From the NCBI GenBank assembly GCA_964355515.1, contig CAYHDV010000003.1:7914-71913 (forward strand): 64,000 bases of DNA. The letters are read 5' to 3'. The notes beneath the pieces were generated by a model, which ran no database searches, was not told where the DNA came from, and was given only the letters and a program-made list of their open reading frames with translations. This stretch comes from an uncultured Candidatus Saccharibacteria bacterium (lineage in GTDB: Bacteria > Patescibacteriota > Minisyncoccia > Phycocordibacterales > CSBR16-119). Positions 26,930 through 37,531 of this stretch are shown here, one piece after another. The position numbers were made by a program, and so were the translations under genes. Numbering within the stretch: the first letter of the stretch is position 1; each line of letters starts with the position of its first letter.

Positions 26930-28438
26930 ATGTCATTTTCTCGAGTATATTCAGCGCAACCTCATCTACTCAAAGGTGTTATTGTGACGATAGAGACTGA
27001 TCTATCCAGCGGGTCTCTACACGCTTTTACTATTGTTGGGCTTGGAGACAAAGCAGTCGACGAAGCCAAAGATAGGGTTTCCTCTGCAATAAAAAACTCT
27101 GATTTCAAATCTCCCAAAAAAGAGAATCTGAAAATTGTAATATCCCTCTCTCCAGCTGATATGAAAAAGGAAGGGTCATACTTTGATCTTGGGATTGCTC
27201 TCGGATACCTTCTCGCTCATGGAGATATATTGTTTGATCCTGAAAAAAAGATTTTTGTAGGAGAACTCGCTCTCGATGGTGAGGTGAAAGCTCTCAAGGG
27301 AATCCTACCCCTCGTAGAAACTGCAAAACGTGAGGGGTTCTTGGAAATATTTGTTCCCAAAGAAAATGAAGCAGAAGCAGGACTTGTGGAGGGTATTACG
27401 GTATATGGAGTAAAGAATTTACTAGAAGTAATTAATCATCTAAAAGATAGCAAAGAAAATCCTTATACTATTTTACCTACACCTCAGACTCTCATCGAAT
27501 TTAATCAGGATTCTTATTCTTTGGATTTTTCTGATGTAAAGGGCCAGGCGATGGCAAAGCGAGGGCTCGAAATAGCTGCTGCAGGTGGGCACAACATATG
27601 TATGTATGGACCACCCGGGACAGGAAAAACAATGCTCGCAAAACTCTTTACTACTATTCTTCCAAACTTATCCAAAGATGAAGTGCTGGAAGTGACAGGA
27701 ATACATTCTATTGCGGGTATAACAAATGGCGGACTGGTGACAAAGCCACCATTTAGATCTCCTCACCACACAAGCTCATATGTTTCACTTATTGGAGGTG
27801 GGTCAACTCCCAAACCTGGGGAGGTGACTCTTGCACACAAAGGAGTGTTATTTCTAGATGAGTTTCCAGAATTTGAAAAGCGGGTGCTCGAGAGTTTGAG
27901 ACAACCTCTCGAGGATAGGATGGTGACAGTTTCGCGAGCAAAGGGAACCGCGGTGTTTCCTACAAACTTTATTCTTGTTGCGGCAATGAATCCTCCAGAT
28001 AAAGATGCAACCTTCTTAGAAAAGTTAAGACAAAAGAAAAAAATATCTGGACCTATTATGGACCGAATCGACATGTGGGTAGAAGTAAGTGAGGTGGATT
28101 ATGATAAATTAAGTGAAGGAGGACGAGAGGGGGACTTGAGTGAAGATATACGAAAAAGAGTTTGGGGGGCTCGGGATATCCAGAAGAGAAGATTTAAGAA
28201 GGGGGACAAAACAAATAGCAGTATGAATGTCCGAGACCTGCACACACATGCAGAGCTGGAAGAAACAACAAAACAACTGCTAAACCAGTCTGCAGAAAAG
28301 CTTGGTCTCTCAGCCAGAGCCTACCATCGAGTAATCAAGCTCGCTCGAACAATTGCTGATTTAGACAAGAAGAATGTAATCGAAACTAACCATATTCTTG
28401 AGGCTCTTCAATATAGACCAAAAGATTTGTATGAGTAA
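26930..28438 (+). CDS. comM: YifB/ComM-family Mg-chelatase-like AAA+ ATPase
   Basis: N-terminal Lon-like domain, Walker A GPPGTGKT, Walker B LFLDEF. 502 aa. Terminator at 28445-28477. Confidence 0.9.
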   Translation: MSFSRVYSAQPHLLKGVIVTIETDLSSGSLHAFTIVGLGDKAVDEAKDRVSSAIKNSDFKSPKKENLKIVISLSPADMKKEGSYFDLGIALGYLLAHGDILFDPEKKIFVGELALDGEVKALKGILPLVETAKREGFLEIFVPKENEAEAGLVEGITVYGVKNLLEVINHLKDSKENPYTILPTPQTLIEFNQDSYSLDFSDVKGQAMAKRGLEIAAAGGHNICMYGPPGTGKTMLAKLFTTILPNLSKDEVLEVTGIHSIAGITNGGLVTKPPFRSPHHTSSYVSLIGGGSTPKPGEVTLAHKGVLFLDEFPEFEKRVLESLRQPLEDRMVTVSRAKGTAVFPTNFILVAAMNPPDKDATFLEKLRQKKKISGPIMDRIDMWVEVSEVDYDKLSEGGREGDLSEDIRKRVWGARDIQKRRFKKGDKTNSSMNVRDLHTHAELEETTKQLLNQSAEKLGLSARAYHRVIKLARTIADLDKKNVIETNHILEALQYRPKDLYE

Positions 28439-28543
28439 TAATGGAAAAGCACGGCACCCAAAGGGTGCCGTGCTTTTACTCCCAGGGTATTGACATATTT
28501 ATCATTATATGTAATATAGTAATAAACATTTAAAAATTCCATA

Positions 28544-29344
28544 ATGAAAAAAACAGTCAATAAAAGGGCTCGAAAAGGTAATTTCACCCTAGTGGCCAGA
28601 AACCCAAGAGAGAAGGAGGTTCTAAAGACTGCTGGAAAAACTCTAATCAAAAACCTATTTGCAAAGAATGGGATAGATGGAAAACCGGTAATACGACCAA
28701 TAAAAGGCAAAGATGGTCATTTTCGAATCACCTTTCAAGTAGACAAATCTCAAAAAGAGAAAGTGGTGGGGTACGATACCTGTGACGCGGGTAATAGCTT
28801 ATTTATCTGGTCATTTACTTTTGCACTTTTTGGAGAGAGGCTTCCAGAACTGATAGAAACTTGGTCAAATACAAAACCGAGTACTTTTATAGACAAAGAA
28901 GGCCTGCTCTCGATTCTCATCAACACAGAGAATGAAGATGGTGAGGGTTTTCTCATGAAGAAGCTAGAAGAATCTGGTTTTAAGGTGAGAAAGAAAAATC
29001 GCGCCAAGAATGGAGATGGCAAGCCGGGCTGTGTTGTGACCATAGAAACTGGATACAAAACAACGAATCCAGTAAAGCAGGATCCCATTGGAATTGTGGG
29101 AAGCATCATCTCAAAACCCAGAACGATTCCTAAGGGTACTTCTGAAAAGGTAAGCTCAAAAATGCTCGAAGCGTTTGAAAAGACGGTTCTAATTTATCTT
29201 GATGGTTTACCCAAGAAGAAACAATTGGAACTGGGACTCAAACTTATCGAAGGCCAGAATATCGGCCTGTACCTAAATGACGATTCTGTTACACACATCA
29301 AGGGTACAGAGCAAGTCATTGTAACCCCTATTACCAAAGGGTAG
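28544..29344 (+). CDS. Hypothetical protein (266 aa)
   Basis: ORF with flanking terminators (29351-29382, 29394-29426). No domain recognised. Confidence 0.5.
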   Translation: MKKTVNKRARKGNFTLVARNPREKEVLKTAGKTLIKNLFAKNGIDGKPVIRPIKGKDGHFRITFQVDKSQKEKVVGYDTCDAGNSLFIWSFTFALFGERLPELIETWSNTKPSTFIDKEGLLSILINTENEDGEGFLMKKLEESGFKVRKKNRAKNGDGKPGCVVTIETGYKTTNPVKQDPIGIVGSIISKPRTIPKGTSEKVSSKMLEAFEKTVLIYLDGLPKKKQLELGLKLIEGQNIGLYLNDDSVTHIKGTEQVIVTPITKG

Positions 29345-29438
29345 GTTTCAAATCGGAAGCACAATTGTGCTTCCGATTTTTTATTTCTTCCACAAAAAAG
29401 CCGAGAACTTTGTTCTCGGCTTTTTTAATATATTTATT

Positions 29439-30743
29439 TTAGTAGTTTCTATATGTATCGTAGAAAATGTTGTGATCCATTTGTTTTCCATTTGCGTCTC
29501 TTATTTCAAAGTGGACGTGTGGACCGGTCGCTCTTCCTGTTGATCCTACTGTTGCTATCACTTGTCCTTGAACTACTTTTTGACCAACTTTTACAAGGTT
29601 TTTTGTGTTGTGACCATAACGAGTGCTTGTGCCATCTTCGTGAGTAATGATTACATAGTTTCCATAGCCACCGTTGTATCCAGTCTTGCTTAGTGTTACT
29701 TCTCCTGCCTTCGCAGCGAGGACCTCTGTTCCACGGGCAGCTCCGATGTCTACTCCTCCATGGAAGTCCCCCTTGTAATAACCACTTCTACCAGCGAAAC
29801 TAGTGTTTCCGTACCCTTGAGTTACGATACCTCCATTTACTGGCCATATCCATGAACCAAGCTTGTCTTCAGATATTTGTGATGGTGCTGACAAAATAAC
29901 TTTTGCTTTTGCTGGAGTAGAGTTGGCTGTAGATTTTGATGGTGATGATACTGGCGCAACGATTGCTTGTTTACCACCTGGAATAAATATCTCATTACCA
30001 ATCTTCATTTCAGAATCTGAGATTTTGTTAAAGGTCTTTATGGTATCAACATCTCCAGCATGTTTTTTGGCAACAGTACTTAATGTATCTCCTTTTGCAA
30101 TCTTATAATAAACACCATCAACAGGAGGAATTTGAAGTTCTTGTCCGGCTCTCACATATTCTTTGGCTCCAATACTGTTCCGCCACCTTATTGTTTCTGT
30201 TTTTACCCCAAATTTGTCTGCAATGTCAGAAAGAGTGTCTCCAGGACGAACAACATAAAGACTCTCTTCTGTCCCTGAGGTAGATATATATTCACCCGGT
30301 AGAAGAGATAGTAGCCCTGATTCAGCGACAATAGAGGTCTCATCCTCGTTGAAGGTTATTTCTGGACCACCCTTGTCAGCATCTGGGTCAGGGGAAAGAG
30401 ACGCCTCCAAAAGAGGGATATTTTGAGAGTTATGATATGGGAACTGTTCTGCTTCCAGTTTTGTTACAAAAAGGTTTTGAACAAAAGAAAATACCCCAGC
30501 ATTGGTCATTGTGGGAACTAAGAATACCAAAAACGAGAATACTATTGTTTGAACAGTATGCGTGTTTAAAGTATAAAACCCTTTATATATATTCTGGATA
30601 TTCCCTCGGGAGGGAATTATCGTTTCAGAATCTTGTGAATTTGTAGTAATAAGCCTTTGTATTTTGGTTTTTCGAAGAATATCTGCAAAAACCACGGAGC
30701 AGTCTTGTTTTCGTCTATACATATATATGTATAGCAAACCCAA
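29439..30743 (-). CDS. LysM-domain M23-family metallopeptidase (cell-wall hydrolase)
   Basis: Two LysM repeats (DTLSDIADKFGV, DTLSTVAKKH). M23 motifs HGGVDIG and HVHFEI. The true start may be internal (TM segment IVFSFLVFLV). Confidence 0.85.
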   Translation of the reverse strand: MGLLYIYMYRRKQDCSVVFADILRKTKIQRLITTNSQDSETIIPSRGNIQNIYKGFYTLNTHTVQTIVFSFLVFLVPTMTNAGVFSFVQNLFVTKLEAEQFPYHNSQNIPLLEASLSPDPDADKGGPEITFNEDETSIVAESGLLSLLPGEYISTSGTEESLYVVRPGDTLSDIADKFGVKTETIRWRNSIGAKEYVRAGQELQIPPVDGVYYKIAKGDTLSTVAKKHAGDVDTIKTFNKISDSEMKIGNEIFIPGGKQAIVAPVSSPSKSTANSTPAKAKVILSAPSQISEDKLGSWIWPVNGGIVTQGYGNTSFAGRSGYYKGDFHGGVDIGAARGTEVLAAKAGEVTLSKTGYNGGYGNYVIITHEDGTSTRYGHNTKNLVKVGQKVVQGQVIATVGSTGRATGPHVHFEIRDANGKQMDHNIFYDTYRNY

Positions 30744-30896
30744 GGCACCTCCTTTCCAGTCATATCTAATATGTTATACGAGGAGGGAGGGAAGTCAATA
30801 GGACTGGGGAAAAGAAGTGTGGTCTTATAATGATGCCAAAACCCCTCAAAAATTGTTATCAACAAGGGCCTTTTATCGCATGGTATTATTGATTTT

Positions 30897-32873
30897 ATGC
30901 AATATCTCGCCACTCTTAATGAAAAACAAAAAGAAGCGGTTCTCCACACAAAGGGGCCCCTGCTGATTCTTGCAGGGGCAGGAGCCGGGAAAACAAAGAC
31001 TCTTACACACAGAATCGCCCACCTTGTGCATGAAGGAGTGGCTCCCCACCAAATACTAGCGGTGACTTTTACAAACAAAGCTGCCAAAGAAATGCGGGAC
31101 CGGGTTTCTGAAATTCTCTCATATGACACCCTCCTGGGTAGGGGACTTCCTTTTATTTCTACTTTTCACTCACTTGGGGTGCATATTATAAAAAACAACC
31201 CAGCGGTCTTTGGCACAAAGAAACATTTTTCAATTCTTGACCAAAAAGACGCTCTTCGGCTAATAAAAGAGTCCCTCACAGAATCAGGTCTAGATCCAAA
31301 AGAATTTGAGCCCAAAAAAGCAATGTCTATTATTTCAAGACAAAAAAATCTAGGGAATACTGTTCTTGAACTCCGAAATAATGCTCAATCAGCAATAGAA
31401 GAATTGATTGTGGAGGTGTGGGAAAAATATGAAAAAAAGAAAAAGAAAGAAGATGCATTTGATTTTGATGATCTTCTTATTTTGCCGATGAGAGCTCTCG
31501 AAGAAAACAAGCTACTTCGAGATTTTTATCGAGAAACATGGAAGTATATCCATATTGATGAATATCAAGATACAAATGAGGTCCAGTATCGGATAGCACT
31601 TTGTCTTACCGGACCAGAAAAAAATATCTGCGTGGTGGGAGACGGTGACCAAAACATTTACAGTTGGAGAGGGGCTAATCTAAAAAATATTTTAAACTTT
31701 GAACATGACTTCCATGGGGCACATACCGTTCTTCTCGAGCAAAACTATCGCTCAACAAAAAATATTCTTTCTGTTGCAAATACGATAATCGAGAAAAATA
31801 CAAAACGAAAAAAGAAAACTCTCTTCACAGAAAATGAGGTCGGAGAAAAGATACACTACTACACAGCCAGAAATGAATGGGATGAAGCTCGCTTCGTGGG
31901 GGAGTGTGCAGAGGGTCTTATAGAAAAAGAAGGTGTAGACCCAAAAGACATTGCTGTTTTGTATAGAGCAAATTTCCAATCTCGAGTTCTCGAAGAATCA
32001 ATGCTTTCTCTATCGATTCCCTATACCGTTCTTGGGGTGAAGTTTTTTGATAGAAAAGAAGTGAGAGATGTTCTCTCTTATATCAAGGCGGCACTAAACA
32101 AAGACAGCCTTTCTGATATTGCAAGAATTATAAATTTCCCAAAAAGAGGACTTGGAAAGGTTACTCTTATAAAGCTCTTTGCCGGGGAAATGTCTAGCCT
32201 CCCCCTAAAAACCCAATTAAAAATACAAGATTTTTATAATACTTTAGAAAAAATAAAAGAAGTTTTGGAGAACTCTGAGCCGAGCGCTGGTGTGCTATAC
32301 GCAATACAAAAAAGTGGAATTGAAAATGAATACAAAACAAGTGGAACAGAAGACGATTTTGAAAGATTAGAGAACATAAAAGAGCTTATAACTTTTGCAA
32401 AAAAATATGATGGCACAGAAGACGGATTGAGTAAGCTTCTAGAAGATGCAATGCTCGCAAGTGATCAAGATACACTGACCTTGGAGGAAAAACAATCCAA
32501 GCACGCCGTGAAGCTGATGACTGTTCATTCCTCAAAAGGGCTTGAGTTTCCACATGTATTTATTGTTGGTCTCGAGCAAGATTTATTCCCGCATAGGAGA
32601 GATGGGTCGCAGACTGTTGAGGAGTCTGAGGAAGAGAGGCGACTATTTTATGTAGCACTCACTCGTGGAGAAAAGAGGGTTTATATTTCAAGAGCGATCA
32701 TGCGAACGATTTTTGGAGAGACTAAACTTCAGTATCCTTCAGAATTTATTACAGATATCCCAGAAGAGCTTCTTGAGACAAGTCAGTACGAAGAATCATT
32801 TGAAAGAAATACTGACAGGCGAGGTGGGGGTGGAGGAGATTCATTTTTTGATTCTATTGTATATCTTGATTAA
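30897..32873 (+). CDS. uvrD: UvrD/PcrA/Rep-family ATP-dependent DNA helicase
   Basis: Walker A AGAGAGKTKTL and full-length SF1 helicase motifs. 658 aa. Confidence 0.9.
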   Translation: MQYLATLNEKQKEAVLHTKGPLLILAGAGAGKTKTLTHRIAHLVHEGVAPHQILAVTFTNKAAKEMRDRVSEILSYDTLLGRGLPFISTFHSLGVHIIKNNPAVFGTKKHFSILDQKDALRLIKESLTESGLDPKEFEPKKAMSIISRQKNLGNTVLELRNNAQSAIEELIVEVWEKYEKKKKKEDAFDFDDLLILPMRALEENKLLRDFYRETWKYIHIDEYQDTNEVQYRIALCLTGPEKNICVVGDGDQNIYSWRGANLKNILNFEHDFHGAHTVLLEQNYRSTKNILSVANTIIEKNTKRKKKTLFTENEVGEKIHYYTARNEWDEARFVGECAEGLIEKEGVDPKDIAVLYRANFQSRVLEESMLSLSIPYTVLGVKFFDRKEVRDVLSYIKAALNKDSLSDIARIINFPKRGLGKVTLIKLFAGEMSSLPLKTQLKIQDFYNTLEKIKEVLENSEPSAGVLYAIQKSGIENEYKTSGTEDDFERLENIKELITFAKKYDGTEDGLSKLLEDAMLASDQDTLTLEEKQSKHAVKLMTVHSSKGLEFPHVFIVGLEQDLFPHRRDGSQTVEESEEERRLFYVALTRGEKRVYISRAIMRTIFGETKLQYPSEFITDIPEELLETSQYEESFERNTDRRGGGGGDSFFDSIVYLD

Positions 32874-32894
32874 ACGCTGTAATCTAGATAAAGT

Positions 32895-33674
32895 ATGAAG
32901 CCCAAAAAATCACTCGGACAAAATTTTCTTAAATCAAAACAAGCGTTGATGGCTATTTGCAATGCTGGAGAACTCAAAAAAGAAGATAGGGTGCTTGAGA
33001 TAGGTCCAGGGAAAGGCGCGCTGACAAAGTTTCTTCTAGAGCAATCAAACAATGTCTTTGCCTTGGAAAAAGACACTGAACTTATCCCTTTTCTTTCTGA
33101 AAAATTTGAAGAAGAAATCAAGAAAGGGTTTTTGAAAATACAAGAAGGTGATGTGCTAACTTTTGATGAGATAGAAGTCCAAGCTCCTTACAAGCTCATA
33201 GCAAATATCCCTTACTATATAACAGGAGAAATTATGGAAAAATTTCTTTCAAGCAAAAACCAACCCGAGAGAATCGTTTTCCTAATGCAAAAAGAAGTGG
33301 TGGATAGAATTATGGCAAGAGATGGCAAGGAATCCATCCTTTCTATGAGCGTCAAAGCCTATGGAACCCCCAAATATATCCAAAAAGTCCAAGCAAAAGC
33401 CTTTAATCCTGCACCAAAAGTTGACTCTGCTATACTAGCGATAGCTAATATATCCAAAAAAAGATTCACAAATGTAAGTGAAAAAGCCTTTTTTAACACC
33501 CTTAAAACAGGTTTCGCCCACAAAAGAAAGCAGCTAATCAACAATCTTGAAAAACTAACCTCTAAAGAGGTTCTTAATTCTCTGTTTAATGAGCTAAAGC
33601 TAGATCCAAAGGTCAGAGCAGAGTCACTCACACTAGACCAATGGCTCTTTCTAGCGAAAAACTTATCTCTTTAA
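32895..33674 (+). CDS. rsmA: 16S rRNA (adenine1518/1519-N6)-dimethyltransferase
   Basis: SLGQNFL start, EIGPGKGALT SAM motif, NIPY motif. Confidence 0.9.
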   Translation: MKPKKSLGQNFLKSKQALMAICNAGELKKEDRVLEIGPGKGALTKFLLEQSNNVFALEKDTELIPFLSEKFEEEIKKGFLKIQEGDVLTFDEIEVQAPYKLIANIPYYITGEIMEKFLSSKNQPERIVFLMQKEVVDRIMARDGKESILSMSVKAYGTPKYIQKVQAKAFNPAPKVDSAILAIANISKKRFTNVSEKAFFNTLKTGFAHKRKQLINNLEKLTSKEVLNSLFNELKLDPKVRAESLTLDQWLFLAKNLSL

Positions 33675-33760
33675 GGCTGGCCCAAGTCTCATTTCTCCTC
33701 ACTTTCTAGATGTTAATTTCTTTGCAAAGAAGAAATTTTTTAGTGTTATACTATTTTTAT

Positions 33761-34141
33761 ATGAAAACAACTGTAAAACATGGAATCTTTCTTGTCTCAC
33801 TTTTCGCATCTATTGGAATGATGCTTTTTAGCCATTATGCGTATGCCGCTTACGATAGACCTTTTGGATCAAGATTAAAATATGAATATCGTCCACCATT
33901 CTTCTGCCAGTCACAATATGGACCACTTTTACACACTCCAACTGGTAATAGTTTCGAGCCATCAGGCCTGGGGGAATATGGACCATCATCAGAACATGTA
34001 ACAGGATCAATCAAGCCAGATGTTCAAATCTTAGGGCTCTATAGCCCAACGCCATCACAAAACTGCTATATGCAAATCGGTCCATATCGATACACAGTTG
34101 AAACAACAATATTTACATACTTTGGAACAAGTCGTCTTTAA
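33761..34141 (+). CDS. Small secreted hypothetical protein (first gene of the T4SS-like cluster)
   Basis: Signal peptide ending AYA-AY. About 127 aa. Start chosen at MKTTVKH. Confidence 0.5.
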   Translation: MKTTVKHGIFLVSLFASIGMMLFSHYAYAAYDRPFGSRLKYEYRPPFFCQSQYGPLLHTPTGNSFEPSGLGEYGPSSEHVTGSIKPDVQILGLYSPTPSQNCYMQIGPYRYTVETTIFTYFGTSRL

Positions 34142-34156
34142 TAAGAAGATTATTTT

Positions 34157-35041
34157 ATGAATATAAGAGAAAGCCTTCCAAGTAAAAAGTTTCAAAAAAT
34201 AGCACTCGTTGTCATAATTCTTTCTGTTGTTTTCATTTTTATATCTATTAAAAAACCTTTTTCTGGCGGGGGATACGTCCAAAAAATATTTAAGGGAGAG
34301 GTAGAAACAGTAACTATCGGGTCTATTGTTTACAAAGATACAGATGGTGATGGGTTGTTTGACTGGGAGGAGTCTCTTTGGGGGACAGATCCTGAGAAAT
34401 CTGATACAGATGGTGACGGTATTAGTGATAAAGAAGAGGTAGACAAAAAACGACCAGAAACAAGTGAAGGGGGCGATGAATCTCTGACCGAAACATCCTT
34501 ACTCGCAAGAGATCTTTTTAGTACAATAGTTTCTCTAAAACAAAACAACAGCCTTACAGAAGAAAATCTAGAAAGCATAGCAAACCAACTCGCTGGTTCC
34601 ATAAATTCTGCAACATATGATACATACACGTTAGACTCTCTTATTGTTGTAGACTCAAACAACAATTCTTTTATCAAATATTTCAAAGAAACTGATAAAA
34701 TATTTCTAGCCTCGAAAAATAGTCATATTGGGGAAGAGCTTTCTGTCTTAACTGATTTCATTGAAGACCCTACCTCAAATCAATCAAAATTGGAGGTAAT
34801 CATATCTGAATACAAAAAAATTTCATCTGATCTAAGTAAGTTGGATATTCCTGAATCTATATCTAAGGATCATCTAGCTCTTATTAATACCTACGATAAG
34901 ATAGCTCAGTCAATCGAAGAATTCCTGTATATCAATGATGACCCTCTACGAACCTTATCTGGCCTATCAAACTATGAAAGATATTCAACTAATATACTAG
35001 ATATATTTAAGAGGATAGACAGCTATTATCTACCTCAATAA
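34157..35041 (+). CDS. Membrane-anchored protein with thrombospondin-type-3-like Ca-binding repeats
   Basis: N-terminal TM. DTDGDGLFDWEE and DTDGDGISDKEE repeats. Confidence 0.55.
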   Translation: MNIRESLPSKKFQKIALVVIILSVVFIFISIKKPFSGGGYVQKIFKGEVETVTIGSIVYKDTDGDGLFDWEESLWGTDPEKSDTDGDGISDKEEVDKKRPETSEGGDESLTETSLLARDLFSTIVSLKQNNSLTEENLESIANQLAGSINSATYDTYTLDSLIVVDSNNNSFIKYFKETDKIFLASKNSHIGEELSVLTDFIEDPTSNQSKLEVIISEYKKISSDLSKLDIPESISKDHLALINTYDKIAQSIEEFLYINDDPLRTLSGLSNYERYSTNILDIFKRIDSYYLPQ

Positions 35042-35058
35042 GTGTTATAATTATTTTT

Positions 35059-37422
35059 ATGGAAATATCTATCTACAAAACAAAAATTACACTACTACTT
35101 ATTATTCTAAGTATTCTTATTTTTCCAACAATAACCCGTGCTCAAATAAATGCACAAGGAATTGGTGCCCTAATCATCCAATGTGCCACAGCGACAGCTG
35201 CGAACCAAGAAGAGGGTGCATCTTCAATGTCTACAGTAGAACAAAGAAGGGTTGCAACCACTGAAAATAATGCAAAAAAACTAGCCAAGAAAGAGGCCTG
35301 TTCTGATGCGATAGCAAAATATACAATGGGGCAACTTCTCTCAAAGCTGACCCAAGAAACCCTAAACTGGATCAATGGTGGCTTCAAAGGGAATCCTTCA
35401 TACCTGCAAAATCCAGAGGCTTATCTGAAATCAATTGCTAACCAAGAAAGAACTCAGCTTCTGAGTCTCTTGGGAAATGACCCGGTGAACTTCCCTTATG
35501 GGCGAGCTGCTATGCAGGCGATGGTGAATAGAGAACTAAATAAAGGCTTTAGTGGTTTTGCACAAAGGGCTAAATATACTCTAAATAGCTATGTCCCAAC
35601 AGGAAATGCGGCAGACTTTCATAGAGATTTCCGAATCGGGGGGTGGGACGCATTTTTCGCTCAATCATTTCAACAACAAAACAATCCTGTAGGATTTGCA
35701 CTTCTTGCTTCAGAAGAGGAGGCTCGGAGAACAGCGGGGGATGATCTAAACAAATTACAACTAGCACAGAAAGAGCTCGACCAGAATAGTGGGTTCTTAA
35801 ATAACAAACTTTGCTCAGAGTCTTACCATCCATCAGGAGAATACGAACCACCAGAAACTACAAACGACGGTATATTTACAGAAGCAGATTGGATCGCTAT
35901 AGCAAATGATCCAAACAGAACAGAGGCAGAGAGAATTGACGCAAAAAGACATATTTGTAAAACATGGGTAACAAAAACCCCTGGAACGCTTATTGCTCAC
36001 GCCTTAAACAAAACAGTTATTGACGTTCCTTTGGATCAAACAATTTTTGCAGATGAAATAAACGAATCCCTAAATACGGTATTCGCAGCTCTTCTTACTC
36101 AGACATTCCAGAATGGGACAAAGACACTTCAGGGTGGAATAGCCTCACTACAGGAAGAGGCAAATAGTTTCAGTCTTGGGTCAATCGGGCTTGGGGATAT
36201 ACTCTTTGATCCTGGATCAGCAATAGGACAAGGATTAAGTGGTGCTTCAACATACTTTGGAGGAATAGGAGAGAACACTGAGAATATACAGACAACACAG
36301 GGGAGTCTTACTGGCTGGTTAAACCAAGGACAAGAATTCGATATCTACAACCAACTTCCTTACATTATATACTTACAGAAAAAATATATCGGTGACCCAT
36401 CTGCCGTACTACCTCAAGGTATCGATCAAGATACAGGACAGCCTTTTATTGATCCCACCCCAGGTTTCAATGGTGTTCTTTCTCAAAATCAAGCCCTTCG
36501 AAATAGCATCATACAAAGTGAATTACTTGATGTCTGCATACCTGGACCAAACCCAACATTTGAACAAAAGATATTCGAAAAAATACAATCCGGTGAAGAG
36601 GATATACGAGAAACCCTTGCGACATCAACTCAAGTTGCAAGCTTCCTATCTCCTTCGGGAAGTGTTGTTGGTAAGATGACAGAGGCCTCAGAGCAAGCAA
36701 TTCAACTTCTTTATAAGGTTGGAAAGGAGCTAACCCAAAAAATAAAAGATAAGTATAGGACAGATCAACTAGGAAATATGCCAACCGTTACCAATACAGC
36801 ATATAAAGAATTGGTAAAAATTGATAAATATCAAAATATTATCTTAGAGAACCAAGAAAAAGTAGAAGAGATTCAAACATTACTTAGAAATCTAGAGTAC
36901 CTACAAACACGAATAAATTCTCTTAGGGATCAGGTGGAAAGCGGAGTAGTGTCACCAGAGGTTGCAAGCACTGAGGCCTCCGTACTTGTAAATACATTTT
37001 ATGAAGTTGCCCCAGATGCAATAAAAGCTGAAGATCTTATCGAGCTTCGTTCTGTCGCTGAGGTTGCTCTGGGTAATATAGCCTACATCAATACCCTTAC
37101 AGATGCTTGCTGGGAAGAAAGAAATGATCCTGGTTATACTGGAGAAATTAATCAAGTTCCATATAGTTCAATATCAGGGAATACCTTGTACGGTATTGGC
37201 TCAGGAAATACCGCTCACTTCTTAAGCCCTGGGGTTACACTTGATTATGGTACTGATTTTGGTTCAATATTGAATCAAATAACCTTTATTTCAACAGGGG
37301 GTATCGCTGGATCACTAAGTACATTTACAATACTCCAGACTCTTGACTGGTTCGGCTCTGGAGACTTCGATGGATTTAATGTAAATAGCAACTGGTTTGA
37401 AGATTGGACAAATATTCAGTAA
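35059..37422 (+). CDS. Large secreted hypothetical protein (787 aa)
   Basis: N-terminal signal/TM segment. No recognised domain. Co-directional in the cluster. Confidence 0.6.
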   Translation: MEISIYKTKITLLLIILSILIFPTITRAQINAQGIGALIIQCATATAANQEEGASSMSTVEQRRVATTENNAKKLAKKEACSDAIAKYTMGQLLSKLTQETLNWINGGFKGNPSYLQNPEAYLKSIANQERTQLLSLLGNDPVNFPYGRAAMQAMVNRELNKGFSGFAQRAKYTLNSYVPTGNAADFHRDFRIGGWDAFFAQSFQQQNNPVGFALLASEEEARRTAGDDLNKLQLAQKELDQNSGFLNNKLCSESYHPSGEYEPPETTNDGIFTEADWIAIANDPNRTEAERIDAKRHICKTWVTKTPGTLIAHALNKTVIDVPLDQTIFADEINESLNTVFAALLTQTFQNGTKTLQGGIASLQEEANSFSLGSIGLGDILFDPGSAIGQGLSGASTYFGGIGENTENIQTTQGSLTGWLNQGQEFDIYNQLPYIIYLQKKYIGDPSAVLPQGIDQDTGQPFIDPTPGFNGVLSQNQALRNSIIQSELLDVCIPGPNPTFEQKIFEKIQSGEEDIRETLATSTQVASFLSPSGSVVGKMTEASEQAIQLLYKVGKELTQKIKDKYRTDQLGNMPTVTNTAYKELVKIDKYQNIILENQEKVEEIQTLLRNLEYLQTRINSLRDQVESGVVSPEVASTEASVLVNTFYEVAPDAIKAEDLIELRSVAEVALGNIAYINTLTDACWEERNDPGYTGEINQVPYSSISGNTLYGIGSGNTAHFLSPGVTLDYGTDFGSILNQITFISTGGIAGSLSTFTILQTLDWFGSGDFDGFNVNSNWFEDWTNIQ

Positions 37423-37531
37423 ACCTGAAAACAAAAATACCCTAACTGGGTATTTTTGTTTTAGCTGGCTTGCAGTTTTGCACAAAAACAAATAGGGAAG
37501 GGCACGAAAGCTGATATACTTTAGACATAAC

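Noticed and set aside
30617-31129. 170-aa minus-strand ORF
   Set aside because: Overlaps the 5' end of uvrD and the M23 peptidase start region. Antisense artefact.
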